A stretch of 64,000 bases of DNA from Macrostomum lignano (lineage: Eukaryota): the NCBI GenBank assembly GCA_002269645.1, contig NIVC01000575.1, positions 467,630 through 531,629 of the forward strand. The letters are read 5' to 3'. The position numbers were made by a program, and so were the translations under genes. The notes under the pieces are model-generated. The model ran no database searches and had not been told where the DNA came from. It saw nothing but the letters and a program-made list of their open reading frames with translations. Numbering within the stretch: position 1 is the stretch's first letter; every line of letters begins with the position of its first letter. Shown piece by piece: positions 12,340-25,704 of this stretch.

Positions 12340-15300
12340 GCATGTCTTATAATTACATGAGCATATTTAATGAAAATATTGCATGTTGTCTATTCATATA
12401 CAGTACAGTGTAGTCAATCTGTACATATATGTATATGAAATGCATAAAGATGATACATAAACACATGTACCAGTGGCATCTACCATGCATGGATTTAAAT
12501 GTATATGGTAGGGAGGGACAAAGCCAAGAATTCTACATATGCAGTGTATATTATTTTCAGAATTAGTATTGTCAATGCTCATTATGGTGCCATAGGCACT
12601 ATGTTTTGTCGCCTTAAAGCAAAATTATTGCAGATTACCATAACAGTTCAAAAGTTGAAGTTGGAAAGACAATTAAAGTGCATTGTTGGCACATGGCACA
12701 GTTTTTCCTTGCCCCCCTCCCTAATGATGATGCCCCTGTGAATATATTTAAAAGCAAAAAAATCTGAGATATAACTATATATTAAAGCAAAAATTAAGTC
12801 CCAATTGGGGGAACTAAGTCACAATTGAGAGGAACTAAATCACAATTGGGAGGAACTAAGTCGCAATTAGGAGAAACTAAGTCACAATTGGGAGGAACTA
12901 ATTCACAATTGGGAGGAACTAAGTCATAATTGAGAGGAACTAAGTCATAATTGAGAGGAACTAAGTCACAATTGGGAGGAACTAAGTCATAATTGAGAGG
13001 AACTAAGTCACAATTGGGAGGAACTAAGTCATAATTGAGAGGAACTAAGTCACAATTGGGAGGAACTAAGTCATAATTGAGAGGAACTAAGTCACAATTG
13101 GGAGGAACTAAGTCACAATTGGGAGAAACTAAGTCACAATTGGGAGGAACTAAGTCACAATTGGGAGGAAATAAGTCACAATTGAGAGGAACTAAGTCAC
13201 AATTGGGAGGAACTAAGTCGCAATTGGGAGAAACTAAGTCACAATTGGGAGGAACTAAGTCATAATTGAGAGGAACTAAGTCACAATTGGGAGGAACTAA
13301 GTCACAATTGGGAGGAAATAAGTCACAATTGAGAGGAAATAAGTCACAATTGAGAGGAACTAAGTCACAATTGGGAGGAACTAAGTCACAATTGGGAGGA
13401 ACTAAGTCACAATTGGGAGGAAATAAGTCACAATTGAGAGGAAATAAGTCACAATTGAGAGGAACTAAGTCACAATTGGGAGGAACTAAGTCACAATTGG
13501 GAGGAACTAAGTCACAATTGGGAGGAACTAAGTTGCAATTGGGAGGAACTAAGTTGCAATTGGGAGGAACTAAGTCACAATTAGGAGGAACTAAATCACA
13601 ATAAGGAGAAACTAAGTTGCAATTGGGAAGAACTAAGTTGCAAATCTAGACAAAACTAAGTTGTACCAGATGGGTGAAATTTTGAGGTTGGGCATATATG
13701 CATATGAATATGCACTTAGAGTAAAGGTAATATTGCTAGCTTTGATTTGCAATGATTTTAGCAGAGTGCATATGTAGTGATTGTAAACTGAAGGTGAGAG
13801 GGGGAAGGGTGCAAAGGTAAAGGGGATTTTTGATGCTTTCAAACTGGAATGAGCAGTGGTTTTCTGCGTGTGACTATTTGTCATATTTGACACGCTTTCC
13901 TATAGCCAACTTTGGTTCACAAACATTTTAATGGGAAACAAATTTAGGTGATCGTAAACCAAAGGTGATATATAAGCTACTAGCTCAAACTTGCTACTTT
14001 ACTTGACACATGGGACTATTTGATACCCTTTCCTATAGCCAGCTTTGGTTCACAATAATTTTAATGGGAAACATATATTTGGATAATTGTAAACTGAAGA
14101 TATACTTGTAAGCTACAATAATCTTAACCATCCTTTGAAATAGAGTTAGTTTGCCAACTTTTTATTGGTTATTGGTTTTTATGTTTTACAACTATTTTAA
14201 GTGGTGATCGTCATTGTTTGAAATGATTGTAAACTAAAAGAATGCTAAAAAACCTATAGTGCGAAAGGATAGGTATATGATGGAAAGTTCTGTTGTATAC
14301 TAGGATCACCTGTCATACATATTGTACATTTCTCTTTTTTGGGGGGGGGGTGCAAAGTACTATTTTTGGTCTTCTTGAACTTTAGGTATGTAAAATACTT
14401 CAATTTTCTGATTATTCTGAAACTTTCACCAGAGTCTTAGATAGAGGCTGTCCAAAATGATAATAAAGCAAAAAAACTGCAAAAATTATCCTCAGAGGTA
14501 ACAGGAGCTTGATTTGTTAAACTCCTATATAACTACTAGTAATTTGATACAAGCAGTTTTGGAGAATTGTGTTTGAAAGTTGAACTTTTTTTAGAATCAT
14601 AACTTTCTAATGTAATATTTTCCAAAACTTTATGAAATCATTCTTAAAAAACATTTAGAGGATTTGAATTTTATCTCTGAAAAAATAGTGTCTATTTTTA
14701 TTATTTTCACTCAATTTGTTATAGTGTAGTGAGAGTGCCACATCAGTTTACTTTTTTTAAAAAATGCTGACTAATGGTGCCACCTACCCCTCACCACCCA
14801 CTTTTTGATTCACTGTTGTTCCCTCATTGTTGATTACTACTAGCTGTATATTCTTTACTTGTTTACCTATACTAATTTCTACTAATCTGTGTTGTCTCAA
14901 TTCTGAAGGTAACTACAGCTGCTAATATCAATTAGTTTTGATAGGATTATAATTTTTTTCCATGGTTATATTTTTGATAAATTGTTGAATTTTTAATTTA
15001 AGCTTCATTTCAATTTTCTCCTTATTACCCCCCTCAGTCTCCAAATTTATCTACCTAATCTTCCATAGACCCCCATGCCTTTATTCAAGTTTAGGTATGT
15101 AAAATCAATCCCCATGAAAATTTTCCCCACCCTAAAATCCCACATTCCCCATGCCCCAGTTGTTGACAATTGTTAGCCCCTCCCGAGACCTTCCCTCAGT
15201 CCATGAGTTTATCTACCTAATCTTCAATAGACTTCTATGCCTCTATTGAAGTTTAGGTACATAAAATAAATCCCCATGAAGATTCTTCCTGCTCTAACAT

Positions 15301-17405
15301 CCCCATTCCCTATGCCTTGGTTGTTGGTAATTGTTAGCCCCCCCTTTGAGACTTGCCTCCCACCCCCTCAGTCTCTGAATTTATCTACCTAATCTTCAAT
15401 AGACCCTTATACCTCTATTGAAGTTTAGGTACATAAAATCAATCCCCATAAAGAATCTCCCCACCCTAAAACTCCCCATTCCCTATACCCTCGTAGTTGG
15501 CTTTAAGCTACAAAAAATGAAGCTCAAATTTGAAATCAGCATTATCAAAAACCCATATACACAAATATAATGATCCTATTAAAACTGCAACTATTTTATC
15601 TACCTAAAGTTCAAGAAGGCCATTTTTCAATCCCTGTCATACTATTATACAATAAGCCAAAATTTAAATTCACATCGTTGTACATAGACATCTTTCTGCA
15701 CTATGGCAAAAAACTATAGAAAAAATTATGATCCTATCAAAGCTGCAACTACTTTTATTATCTACCTAAAGTTCAAAAAGTCCATAATGTTTAGCATATG
15801 CCACACTCCAGATCATGTAATATATGTCCAAAAATTTGGGCATGCATTGGCCTTGCATGCCAAAATTAGGCGTGCACAATTGGCATGCATCACTCTGAGA
15901 AAATAGTATGCATGCATACCTGGCGCGCACTTTATAGAATCACATGTAAAAATTATTGTGAAATAGAAAAAAGATGAAAAAAGTTCATTTTAAAGTGCAA
16001 ATTTCAGCTTTCCAGTTTTTTCAAGGTCGTAAAATCATTTAAACAAATCTTTATGTGTATAAATTTTCCACTATAAATTGTATAGCCAAAAAAGCATAAA
16101 AAACAACTAAATCATTTGGCAATAAGGGTCTATTAGGCAATTTAAAAAAGGTATTTTATTGTCACAATGTAAAAAAGGTCATTTATTGTTGCAATATTAG
16201 CGTATTTTTGAGAATGGGTGTGCACTATATTTTTTTCGGCATGCATTTATAAATATTCAATTTTTGTTTGGGTATGCACCCAGCATGATCGAGACTATGG
16301 AGCATATGGCAATTGTCAAGTTTGGTTTATTAAATTATTTTGACTCCAAAAAAGTAAGGTACAAACTATTTTAAGTACAAATAGCTATTTTATATATGGT
16401 ACACTGGAAAAAGTGATATCCTTGCCATAAATTCAAGTTTATACCAGAAAAACAAATGTACTTATGATATATATGTTATGTGCTAGCAATTGTTAAGTTT
16501 TGTTCAATAAATAATTTTGACTTAGAAAAGTAAACTATGAACTAGGCCTATTTCAAATACAAACAAATATTTTTAAGAGACTTAAGTCCAATTAAGCACT
16601 AATTCAATGCTTCAAAACTTGTTATAATGTATCTAACCCCAGAAAGCTACAATAGTCTATGGCCAAAACATTTGAAATTTTTTTGACTTGAAAAAAGGTC
16701 TATGGTCAAGTCTAAGCATCAATGATTTTTAACAAGTTGACAAATAACAAATGACTAAAAGTAAAGTCCTAAATTTAGCAAGGCTATGCTGCGCGCCATG
16801 CATAGGACTTTACAAGCCCTATTCAAAATATACTTAGAGGAATTATAGCATCAACTGAAGCCAGTGAAGCCATTTGGGAATGTTTAATTATAGATTTCAC
16901 ACTACTATAACATGTAAAGCTTTTGCTGTTCATTGGCAGTTTGACCATAGACAATAATATTTTTTATTTGTTTCTGTTAAGACTTATTCACTAGTTAACA
17001 TTTTGACCATAGACTTTTGTAGCTTTTTGATGTCAGATGCATTATAACAAATTTTAAAACATAAAATTAGTGCCCGATTAAGCTTAAGCCTCTTAATTAA
17101 TAGATTTGAGTGTAGAACCCAGTTTTTTATTATACAAAAATCTCTTAAATTTCTATAAACTTTACATCTAAATCTTGACATCTTTATCAAGGTTATAAAT
17201 ATAAGGGGTAATAGAAGCACAATTTTTTGAGTAAAAAGATTCAATAGAAAAAGAAAACCTAAACTTGTTTAAAATTAAGTTTTCTATCATCTATCAACTA
17301 TTACTGTTAGGCCTAAGCTTTAAATGCCTTAAAAATATAAAATAATACATAAAAATCTTTAAAAATATCTTACTTCTTGCTTAGCTTTTCGCCTGGAGCA
17401 GACAT
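5478..17405 (-). CDS. KARS1: Lysyl-tRNA synthetase (class II), 6 exons, about 574 aa
   Basis: Exons complement(17374..17405, 10920..11247, 10062..10411, 7932..8417, 7078..7219, 5478..5864), total 1725 nt, all GT-AG with matching phases. Motifs: LSKN|[79 protein letters not shown]. Confidence 0.96.
5975..7050. repeat. 41-bp minisatellite, KARS intron 5
   Basis: Unit CCCCCTCATCAGTCCCTCTGATGCTTGAGAATGCCTGCTAA with an internal CATCAG/CTGATG hairpin. Confidence 0.95.
7385..7875. repeat. G-rich degenerate minisatellite, KARS intron 4
   Basis: Composite of GAAGGGTGAGGGT and GGTCTGGATGAA modules. Confidence 0.9.
8570..10000. repeat. 31/29-bp minisatellite, KARS intron 3
   Basis: Unit AGAATCTCACCCTTAGAGAGCAGCAGGATGA. 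Confidence 0.95.
10430..10650. repeat. (GTA)n microsatellite with higher-order periodicity, KARS intron 2
   Basis: Runs of GTA interrupted periodically by GCAGAAGCA. Confidence 0.9.
12471..12738. mobile_element. Possible MITE in KARS intron 1
   Basis: Termini CAGTGGCATC / GATGCCCCTG (9/10 inverted match). No TSD found. Confidence 0.3.
12810..13660. repeat. 21-bp minisatellite, KARS intron 1
   Basis: Unit AACTAAGTCACAATTGGGAGG. Confidence 0.95.
15030..15500. repeat. Three diverged tandem copies of an approximately 160-bp unit
   Basis: TTTATCTACCTAATCTTC.ATAGAC...AAGTTTAGGTA...AAAAT.AATCCCCAT recurs at about 15045, 15208 and 15380. Confidence 0.75.
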
Positions 17406-18975
17406 GTTTCTTGCTGAAAACTGAAGACACTTATGTAAACTTAATATGTGATTTTGTGTTGTTGAAATGGTAGTGAAAGTAATTTGGCTACAACGAATTA
17501 TAGAAGACACTAGTCTTTGCATGCGATGATGCAACCAGTATAGTGTGTATTAGGGTGATCAGATGAGTCAAAATGACACGGACTTTGCACTCAATGGTTC
17601 AATTTTAAACGATTAGCGACGTTAGCGCCAGCTCACTAGATCTTGATTTACAATTAAACTACTGACGAAACAGCACGAAAGTTGGTGCAAAAATTTTTTT
17701 TGAATATTTTTAAGTAAAATTTTCCCCAATTCGACTAGGTTTTTTTATAACACAACACTGTAACTTTACAGCCTATTTAAAGCAACAGCTAAAAATGCGT
17801 TCCATTAGTTTATAGTTTTTGATGTAATGCTTGATGTAATATTTGGTTAAAAGTCCGTCGAGCTTTATATTATTTGGTAGAACGAACGAGAAGTAGAATA
17901 TTCCGTGCTACTTTTAAAATTTTACGCGTGCAAGTTAACATCAAAGACTAAATGGATTTTGAATAAAAATTTCAGCTTCTAAAGAATTTATATGGATATT
18001 CGTGTTCCATGAAATACAGTACATTGTACCTGTATACGAGACAAAGAAAGTCCTAGGAATGCATTTTAATATGGGCTCCAACAAGAAGAAGACTGAAATT
18101 AATGAGTATTGGAGCAAAGACAGCTCTTACATAACACCTTTTTTAAAGCAGCTGAAGCTCTCTCTAGGGATTACTACTTCGAATAGCTACTGGCCGGGTC
18201 TGCTCCGTTTTTATGACTTTCATCTCAACAATTCCCCCGTAAGCCTTGACATCCCAGCAATTCCGCCAAAAATTATCAACTATCTTTTTTAATGCTCTCT
18301 TAATTTATCCATTGTAGAATTAACTCTATCGAATGATTTTCAGCTAAAAGGCAAAAAATCCCAAAAATTACTAAGTAAAGACTTCTACTATAAAATTCAA
18401 CAGAAACGCTTTGAAGGTCTGGGTGAGGCTGAAAAATGCTCTTAGACAGTTTGCTCAAGTCATAGTACTGTAAAATCTGTCAGGGAAGCCTTGCTTATCA
18501 TAGCCGGCTGGAACGGTTTGTGGTCAACCATTTACTTCTTTCTTTCGGGAAAGATCAGGCTTAGATTTGGGTGTCACTGTGGCAAGCAGCGCTATAATGC
18601 TTTAATAAGCATTGACGAATATCAACGGTTTGAGTCATTCTGGTGTGCGGTCTGACAATCAACGAATATTTATGAGTTATAAATGTAGGTAAAGCAAACG
18701 GGCTATCGGATCTTAGCGCTTAATTGATCTCCAATTGGCGAGTTTTCGATTGCCTGCACATGTACATTCATTTTCTGCTGGAAAACGAAAAAACTTACAA
18801 TGTAAAAGATAAAATATGATTATCGATGCTTTTGCATGCTTTTGCTTTTGCTTTTGCTTTTACATGTACATATATAGCACGTCAGAATAATTTACAATAA
18901 ATAGGAATCGGTTCATATCACCAAAACTACACTGTAGAGTTTATTAACTAACTGTTTGAGGTCATTAATTTGATC

Positions 18976-21900
18976 TTAATTGTACCTGGCCATATGGAGC
19001 AGTGCGTGCCAGTCGCTGCGACTGGAGCCGTACAGCTCGTGGCACACGGACTTGATGTGCTGACTGCGCCTCGTGTCCATGCCTGGCTGGTTGCCTCTGT
19101 GGTCGAGAATGTTCATCGACGATTCGAATGCGTCGCTGCCTCCGGCTCCGACGGCTTCCACTAAGTGCTGCTTGTGGTGCACGTCTCTGACGCGATCGTG
19201 TGCGAAATCGGCTAGAATGCCGATTGCGGCGGCGCGGTACTCGCGGAGCTGGCGTTTGCCTTCTTCCCCGACGTTGTACGCGATGCGACAGGCGTCCAAT
19301 GAGTAGTCTTCAAAGTTGTGCACCAGAAATCTGAAATGCCAGAAGAACGCTACACATCTACATGTACCCATGTTCACTGTTCAGGGTCTCCCAGGGGATG
19401 AATTGGGATAAAATGGGAATTTCGTGTCAACGCATGGTTCATCAAATTCGCCTTGAAAGGTTGGAAAACAGCTCAATGCTCCTTGGATAATTTTTAAGAG
19501 AGGGGACACGATAGTGAGATGTCTCGGTCTTTTAATTGACGCATTTGATAAATCATTGATTGCAGATTTTTATACATAATTTACTCTACTAAATTAGAAA
19601 TAAACATTTTCCAACTTACCTCGGCAAATTGCAAGTTAAATCGGTATCGCCAACGTAAATCGGTACTGACTGGTAGCTGCTGATGTCTACTAAATTGTAC
19701 ATTGGAGCAGTAATCACCTTTTGAACCAGCAGGTGATAAAGAATCGCCTGGATCGGGCAGACAGTTCGAATGTCGTACAGAAGCAACCGTCGAACCTCTT
19801 CGTAGTCGATATCGTCCTCGTTCACCTCGGCTTTCATCATGTCGACATAGTGCCGAATGATAGCTGACCCCGTTTTGTGCGCTTGTCGCAGGGCGTAAAC
19901 GCGTTCTAGCGATCGGCGCAGGCCCGTCTCAACTTTGTAGCGACTCTCGTTCCTCCGACCGGTCGGGAACAGCGACCAATAATAGCTGCTGGCGATGCTG
20001 CTGTAGAACACTACGGATCTGTTAGCCAAAACTAGCTGCTTCTCGCGCAGCGTTGACAACAGGCTCGAGTTTAGCATCGATGGCGGCAAGTGCAAAAGAC
20101 TTCGCTCGGTGACCTGCCTGCAGGTAGTAAGGTGATTATGTATGCGTACGAGTATCCACCGTATTAATACACTTCTGCCTGAACTTCCTCCACCGAGGTT
20201 TTCCCACCGACAGTTTGGGAAATGCTTTCCTAGCTGGGGCAATGCTTTTTACTGAGGAGTTTTCCTAGCTGGGTGTTTTCCCAAAATATTTTCCCACAGA
20301 CATTCCCACAGGGTTTTCCCACAGGGTTTTCCCACAGGGTTTTCCCACAGGGTTTTCCCACAGGGTTTTCCCACAGGGTTTTCCCACAGGGTTTTCCCAC
20401 AGGGTTTTCCCACAGGGTTTTCCCACAGGGTTTTCCCACAGGGTTTTCCCACAGGGTTTTCCCACAGACTTTCCCACAGGGTTTTACCGCAGGGTTTTCC
20501 CACAGGGTTTTCCCACAGGGTTTTCCCACAGGGTTTTCCCACAGGGTTTTCCCACAGGGTTTTCCCCCAGACTTTCCCACAGGGTTTTACCGCAGGGTTT
20601 TCCCACAGGGTTTTCCCACAGGGTTTTCCCACAGGGTTTTCCCACAGGGTTTTCCCACAGGGTTTTCCCACAGGGTTTTCCCACAGGGTTTTCCCACAGG
20701 GTTTTCCCACAGACTTTCCCACAGGGTTTTACCGCAGGGTTTTACCGCAGGGTTTTCCCACAGGGTTTTCCCACAGGGTTTTCCCACAGACTTTCCCACA
20801 GGGTTTTCCCACAGGGTTTTCCCACAGGGTTTTCCCACAGACTTTCCCACAGGGTTTTACCGCAGGGTTTTACCGCAGGGTTTTCCCACAGGGTTTTCCC
20901 ACAGGGTTTTCCCACAGGGTTTTCCCACAGGGTTTTCCCACAGGGTTTTCCCACAGGGTTTTCCCACAGGGTTTTCCCACAGGGTTTTCCCACAGGGTTT
21001 TCCCACAGGGTTTTCCCACAGGGTTTTCCCACAGGGTTTTCCCTATTTTTCCTAAAAATTGTACCATCGTACATTTGTCTGTTGATATTTATGATCATAA
21101 CTCGAATTATTAATGCCAACAGTTTGTTCGCAGGAGGGGACTTTAGAGAGACTTTCTGTCTTAAATAAAGGAAGCTCAGCGTCTGACTCTCGCTCCAGAA
21201 GTACTTAGCTAGGTTCGATTCCGTGTGCGGCCGCATTAACTTGGGGCTTGTGCACAAAAACTGGCATGGGACATGTGCAGTGAATTCTCGCCCTCAAAGC
21301 ACAGAGAGTGTGCATCAACAGACGATGAAGGGGGACCGTAAACTAGTGGTCTGGCGCGGCACTTTTATGTGCCAGCGGCCTAGGCTCGATTCCAAGTGCA
21401 ATCACATTAATTTGGGGCTAAATTGGAATCTCGGCTTGGCTCTGCTCGTGCATTGACGCCCGAGGGCCAACCCCCCAAGGCGCAGTGAAGTGTACATGCC
21501 TAACGATAAATAAAGTTAGGGCCGCTGTACACTCCTGTGTGAGTGTGTGCCTGTGCGTATGACTGCGTACGTATCCGCGCGCTTGTGTCCCTGCTCAGGG
21601 GAGTCGGCGGAATGGGCAGTAATGCCTCTCCCCGGTTGTAACAATGCCGCTTGAAGTGCGCCTGTCTCCTTGCCGGCTGAGCGACAGATTCTGCAAGCAG
21701 CCGGGGCTACCCCGAGCAGAATAGATAACAAACAGCCAGCATGAGACTCACCTCGCCACCTTCTCAGGATACTGGTCGAGATATTTGTGCACCTCCGTAA
21801 GCCATTGCGGTGTTAACCGAACAACATCTTTTATTGTGAGCTCGCTCAGGCACTTGGCTGGCTTCCTGTGCTTGAACAGCTTGTAGCAGTCGTCGATTTC

Positions 21901-22645
21901 TTCTTGGCTCAGATTCGCAGGGAATCGAGGTGGTTTTTCGAGGAAAATGTCCTCAACAATGGAGCCCATCTCCGATAGAACTGGTATCTCAACTGACATA
22001 TCCATGAGCCAGAATTTCTTCACAAAAATTGCTTCTGGTGACAATAGCAACCTGCAGAAGATTTGAGTTTCAATTTTAGCTTCGCTCAAGTCTAACGCGT
22101 TTAAAGCAAAAGATATCGATAGTCCGCCAAATTGTGCATCAAAATGCACTGAATGTAGCATGATTGAAATTATTCTGTTTTTGGTACAAAATTGGTAACT
22201 TCCTCAGCTTATGAACTTAAGTTTAACTCTGAGTTTATCGACTTGACTTTTTTTCGCAAAATACGACTGGATAATGGAAAACAAATAAAATTTAACCGAA
22301 AATTTCGAAAAATAGTTAAATGCTTTTTTTAACAGACGCGCAGCTTTTCCTGTTTCCACTCGTCCAATATATTCAATCAGTACTTTTATAAGTTGAATTG
22401 GCAGAGCTTTTAAATCAACCAATACGCTATGTACCAACTTTATGTTAGTGAGTTATCGAGAATTGGGATGGTGGAAGGCAGGGCCGCTGCATGTACACCC
22501 TGCGTGAGCGTGTGTACATGTATGAGTGCGTGCCCGCGTACAGAATTGGCGCGCTTGAATGTGCTCAGGCGTCACCGCAATGGGCAGAACTGCCGTCAGC
22601 GCTGGCTGTGGGACCAGAGTGCCCACAGCCCGTGCTGCAATTATG

Positions 22646-22706
<61 letters not shown>

Positions 22707-22764
22707 TTATCATTATTATTAATATTATTATTACTATTATTATTATTATTAATATTATTATTAC

Positions 22765-22798
<34 letters not shown>

Positions 22799-25704
22799 AC
22801 AAAGAATCACACTGTCTTTCATGTTGCCGAATTTACACATCATCACAATTACTAAGGATGTCTCTTCAACACACACGGAAATTGGAATCTATAGCTTAGT
22901 ATTATTACATGAATGACGATGGAAAATTTTCAACAAATGTGAAATTTAGACGATCTGAAAGCGACCTGAATCTGGTGACAGTCCGCTTTCTCCGGCTGCG
23001 GTCAGTACAAATCACTAAAACTATGCAATGCGATACAACTATGCTATGTACGATAGCTAAAAGTAGAATCGAACCCAGTTTAGACGAATTCAAACGATGA
23101 CTAGGCTATGTAGACTTTCTAATTACATGTACCGTATACCATGCGCTCTCGTATGGCAACATCTCTTTGCCTACCATGCAGGTTTTTTGCGCTACGCTCT
23201 ATGCTGTCTACTTATCAGTAGTGCAACTCTGACAGCGATATAATACACACAATGGCTCACCAGAGTCCCAAAGTACCGCCGGAGCCCTCGCCAAAATAGA
23301 TGACTCGCTTCGCGTCTCCACCAAAACTATCGATAGTGTGATTAATCCACAGCAGAGCCTGCGTGATGTCGCGGGCAAACAAATTTCCCATGTAGCTGTC
23401 GCGGTCCAGAATAGCCGCGCCGTCTAATCCGATTCGATAATTGACCGTGACAACAACGCAGTCCAGCCTCTCAACAATACTAGTTGGCGGCATCACCGGC
23501 TTGTTGAACACTAGGTCGTTCCCAGTCACTAGCACTAGCACGGGTCTGGTGCCGTTACTTAACTGCGGAGTGGCAACGCTCAACGACAGGCTCTCGCCGC
23601 TGCCAACCGTCTGGGAGCTGCCTGGTCGCCTCAGCTGATGCCGCCAAGCCGTTCTGGCCGAGCGAATCTTCAGCATAATATCGTAGTCCCAGTAGAATGC
23701 TCCGTTTTTAAACGAAACTAGCACTTTCTCTACGGCCAGGTAGTAATGCTTGTAGCATTCCATGAACGTCTCTATAAAGTTGCTGTCCTCGAAACGGTGA
23801 GAGAAGCTCGCGTAGGGAATGTCGTGAAACACCAAGTTCTTTTCCCTCTGTGGGGGTGGGGGTAAAAACATTCTGTCTGCCGGGCAACTGCTTGCGAAGT
23901 TTAAACTTTGCGCTTAAGTTCAGTGAGAGACGGAAGCAACACTCCCACACCCTCTGGTTTGAAAGAAAACCTAAAAGCCTGGTTGTTATACAAAACAGAC
24001 AGGTGTTGCCGAACCATGAGCCATGATCCGTGTAATGTACATTACCCCCTTCTCACACTAACCAACATCTTACGATCAGTTGTTGGTTAAGATTTTAAAA
24101 TGCAGCGATTCATATATAGTTTCGCCGTTTTTTTATTTACACCATTATTTCATTCAATGTGCGATAATAATATTTCAAGATCTGTTTATAATCGTGAAAG
24201 AACGAGCAGTGCATGTAGCAGTTCCGAGTGGCAAAGTCCTATAAAAAGGTCTAACCTGAAATTTGCTTTGATATGGGTTACGCAGGATAGAAATTTTATT
24301 AGATTTTCAGCACTGTTTCAAGGGGATTTACTACTACCAAGACTGCTCAACAAAACAAATGAAAACATTAAGCTCTTCCTAGGATATCGTTGTGGCCTGG
24401 TGTCCGGATTACGTTGATCCTGTTGAGACCAACTCGCCAAACGAGGCATCGCTCGGTCAAGCTACCAACCCGAAATCCTCCTCCGTCAACAGCGCCAGTC
24501 ATAAAGGTTGATCCACCAACACTAGCTGCACTAGAACAACTGCTCCGAATAACTGAATAGCTATCGGCAAACACGAACGGCAATTATGCCTGTCACAAAC
24601 CGGAAAGTATCCGAATACCTAGCTAATCTTCATAAGTAAAATTGACTTCAGGGAGAGGTGCATAGTCGTTACCGCCATGGCTTCTTCCAGAGACATATTT
24701 CACTACAAAGTGGTTGCTCTCCCATTTGCCCCTTTTGTGATCTAGAGGAGGAAACTTCGACGCACCACGTCACCTTCTGTCCGCACTTCAACGAAGCTCG
24801 GAGACTTCACCTCGCACTGGTTCTGCTGACATCCACTAAGGCTGGACGAACTCACCAACCCGGGACTCCGGACTGTTGAAGATTGCAGACGCCACTCTCG
24901 CGGGCCTTTTTGCTGCTGGCGAGGGGTGAACGCAGCCCCAAGGCTAATGTCTCTCCTCGACATTGAGACATTAAGCTTGTCTTTAGCTTGGATGTTTTTA
25001 GCTTGGGGTTGTGATAGTGGCCTCGCAGCCTAATCGCGGCGTTCTGCCCCCCGTGAGTAGTAAGTAGTAAATAAGCTCTTTCTAACTCTATAATCTACTG
25101 TATTAAGTATACCGGTATATATAGTCAAAATCTGTCGCTAACTTACTGTATCCAGATTTTTTATTACGGCGCACGGAATGCTCAAATGTTGAAAATCGAA
25201 AGTCTGCAGCAGGCGCAGGGTACGATAGTGGCTCCATTGCTGCGTCAGTGACGCAATCAAACTGTGGCTAGCAATCCACACGGCCACTGTAACGACAACC
25301 AACAGGAAGCAGATCTTGCCTTTGAAGCTGTTGCTTTTGGCCAATCTGGTGTGGCAGGACTTCGACATCAGCAGCTCCCTGGCGCACATGGGCTGCAGCA
25401 GAATCGGCAGCGGGATTTTCTTTTTGTCAGTTTCTATATTCTTACTCGCTGAAGTCCCTGAGTCCTGCTGGGGACTCCGCGGGCTCGGCGTGGCGCTAGC
25501 GGTTGAAGCGTCTTTTTCATTCGGTTCATTCAGTTTAAAAGCCACTTTTGCTGTTCTCGATTTGTCAACTGGGTTTTCTGAACTAACCGGACTATTTTCT
25601 TTGGACTCCGAGCTGACACTTTTGAATTGCTGGTCAGAAATACTCTGAGTCGCTTGCTCTGGCTTTTCGTTTGCTGGTGTTTGGTTGTCTTGAGGTTCGG
25701 CCAT
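18976..25704 (-). CDS. Neurotactin-like type II membrane protein with a non-catalytic carboxylesterase/cholinesterase-like ectodomain, 5 exons, about 765 aa
   Basis: Exons complement(25147..25704, 23261..23847, 21752..22051, 19620..20117, 18976..19330), total 2298 nt, phases consistent; the exon 4 acceptor at 20117 is the best candidate. Hydrophilic N-terminus of about 130 aa, one TM ([21 protein letters not shown]), then esterase-fold motifs [53 protein letters not shown]. The nucleophile Ser is replaced by Gly. Confidence 0.8.
20270..21045. repeat. 13-bp minisatellite, neurotactin-like intron 3
   Basis: Unit TTTTCCCACAGGG. Confidence 0.95.
21330..21665 (+). mobile_element. Second, diverged copy of the same SINE family (plus a partial head at about 21195-21250) in neurotactin-like intron 3
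   Basis: Shares GGCTCGATTCCAAGTGCA.TCACATTAATTTGGGGCT and AAGGCGCAGTGAAGTGTACATGCCTAACGATAAATAA...GGGCCGCTGTACACTCCTGTGTGAGTGTG with the reverse complement of 43406-43772. A further B box GGTTCGATTCC lies at about 21211. Confidence 0.8.
22470..22800 (+). mobile_element. Degenerate 3' fragment of the SINE family followed by an expanded (ATT)n tail
   Basis: GGGCCGCTG..TACAC.CTG.GTGAG.GTGTG and TGCTCAGG.G...GCAATGGGCAG align to the SINE body. (ATT)n microsatellite at about 22642-22800. Confidence 0.55.
24380..25075 (+). mobile_element. 3' remnant of a non-LTR retrotransposon with degraded RNase H and CCHC knuckle
   Basis: Frameshifted IVVAWCP...DQLAKRG (RNase H C-terminus pattern), then [21 protein letters not shown] (C-x2-C-x8-H-x3-C), a short 3'UTR and an AGTA-rich tail. 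Lies in neurotactin-like intron 1. Confidence 0.65.

Noticed and set aside
17655-17690. CTGACGA...GAAA hammerhead-like core
   Set aside because: No stem II can form between the two core motifs, and no stems I or III are evident.
18225-18262. About 30-bp similarity to 31100-31130 (GTAAGCCTTGACATC core)
   Set aside because: The exact match is only 15 bp, near chance expectation for a 64-kb self-comparison, and the flanks do not align.
21330-21410. tRNA gene candidates (also 43700-43772 and about 35600-35670)
   Set aside because: A and B boxes are present but the cloverleaf and anticodon arms are degenerate. The first two continue into a SINE body.
22204-22437. 77-aa minus ORF adjacent to neurotactin-like exon 3
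   Set aside because: Exon 2 (phase 2) splices directly to the acceptor at 22051, restoring GLW|LLLSP. This ORF is AT-rich intron sequence.
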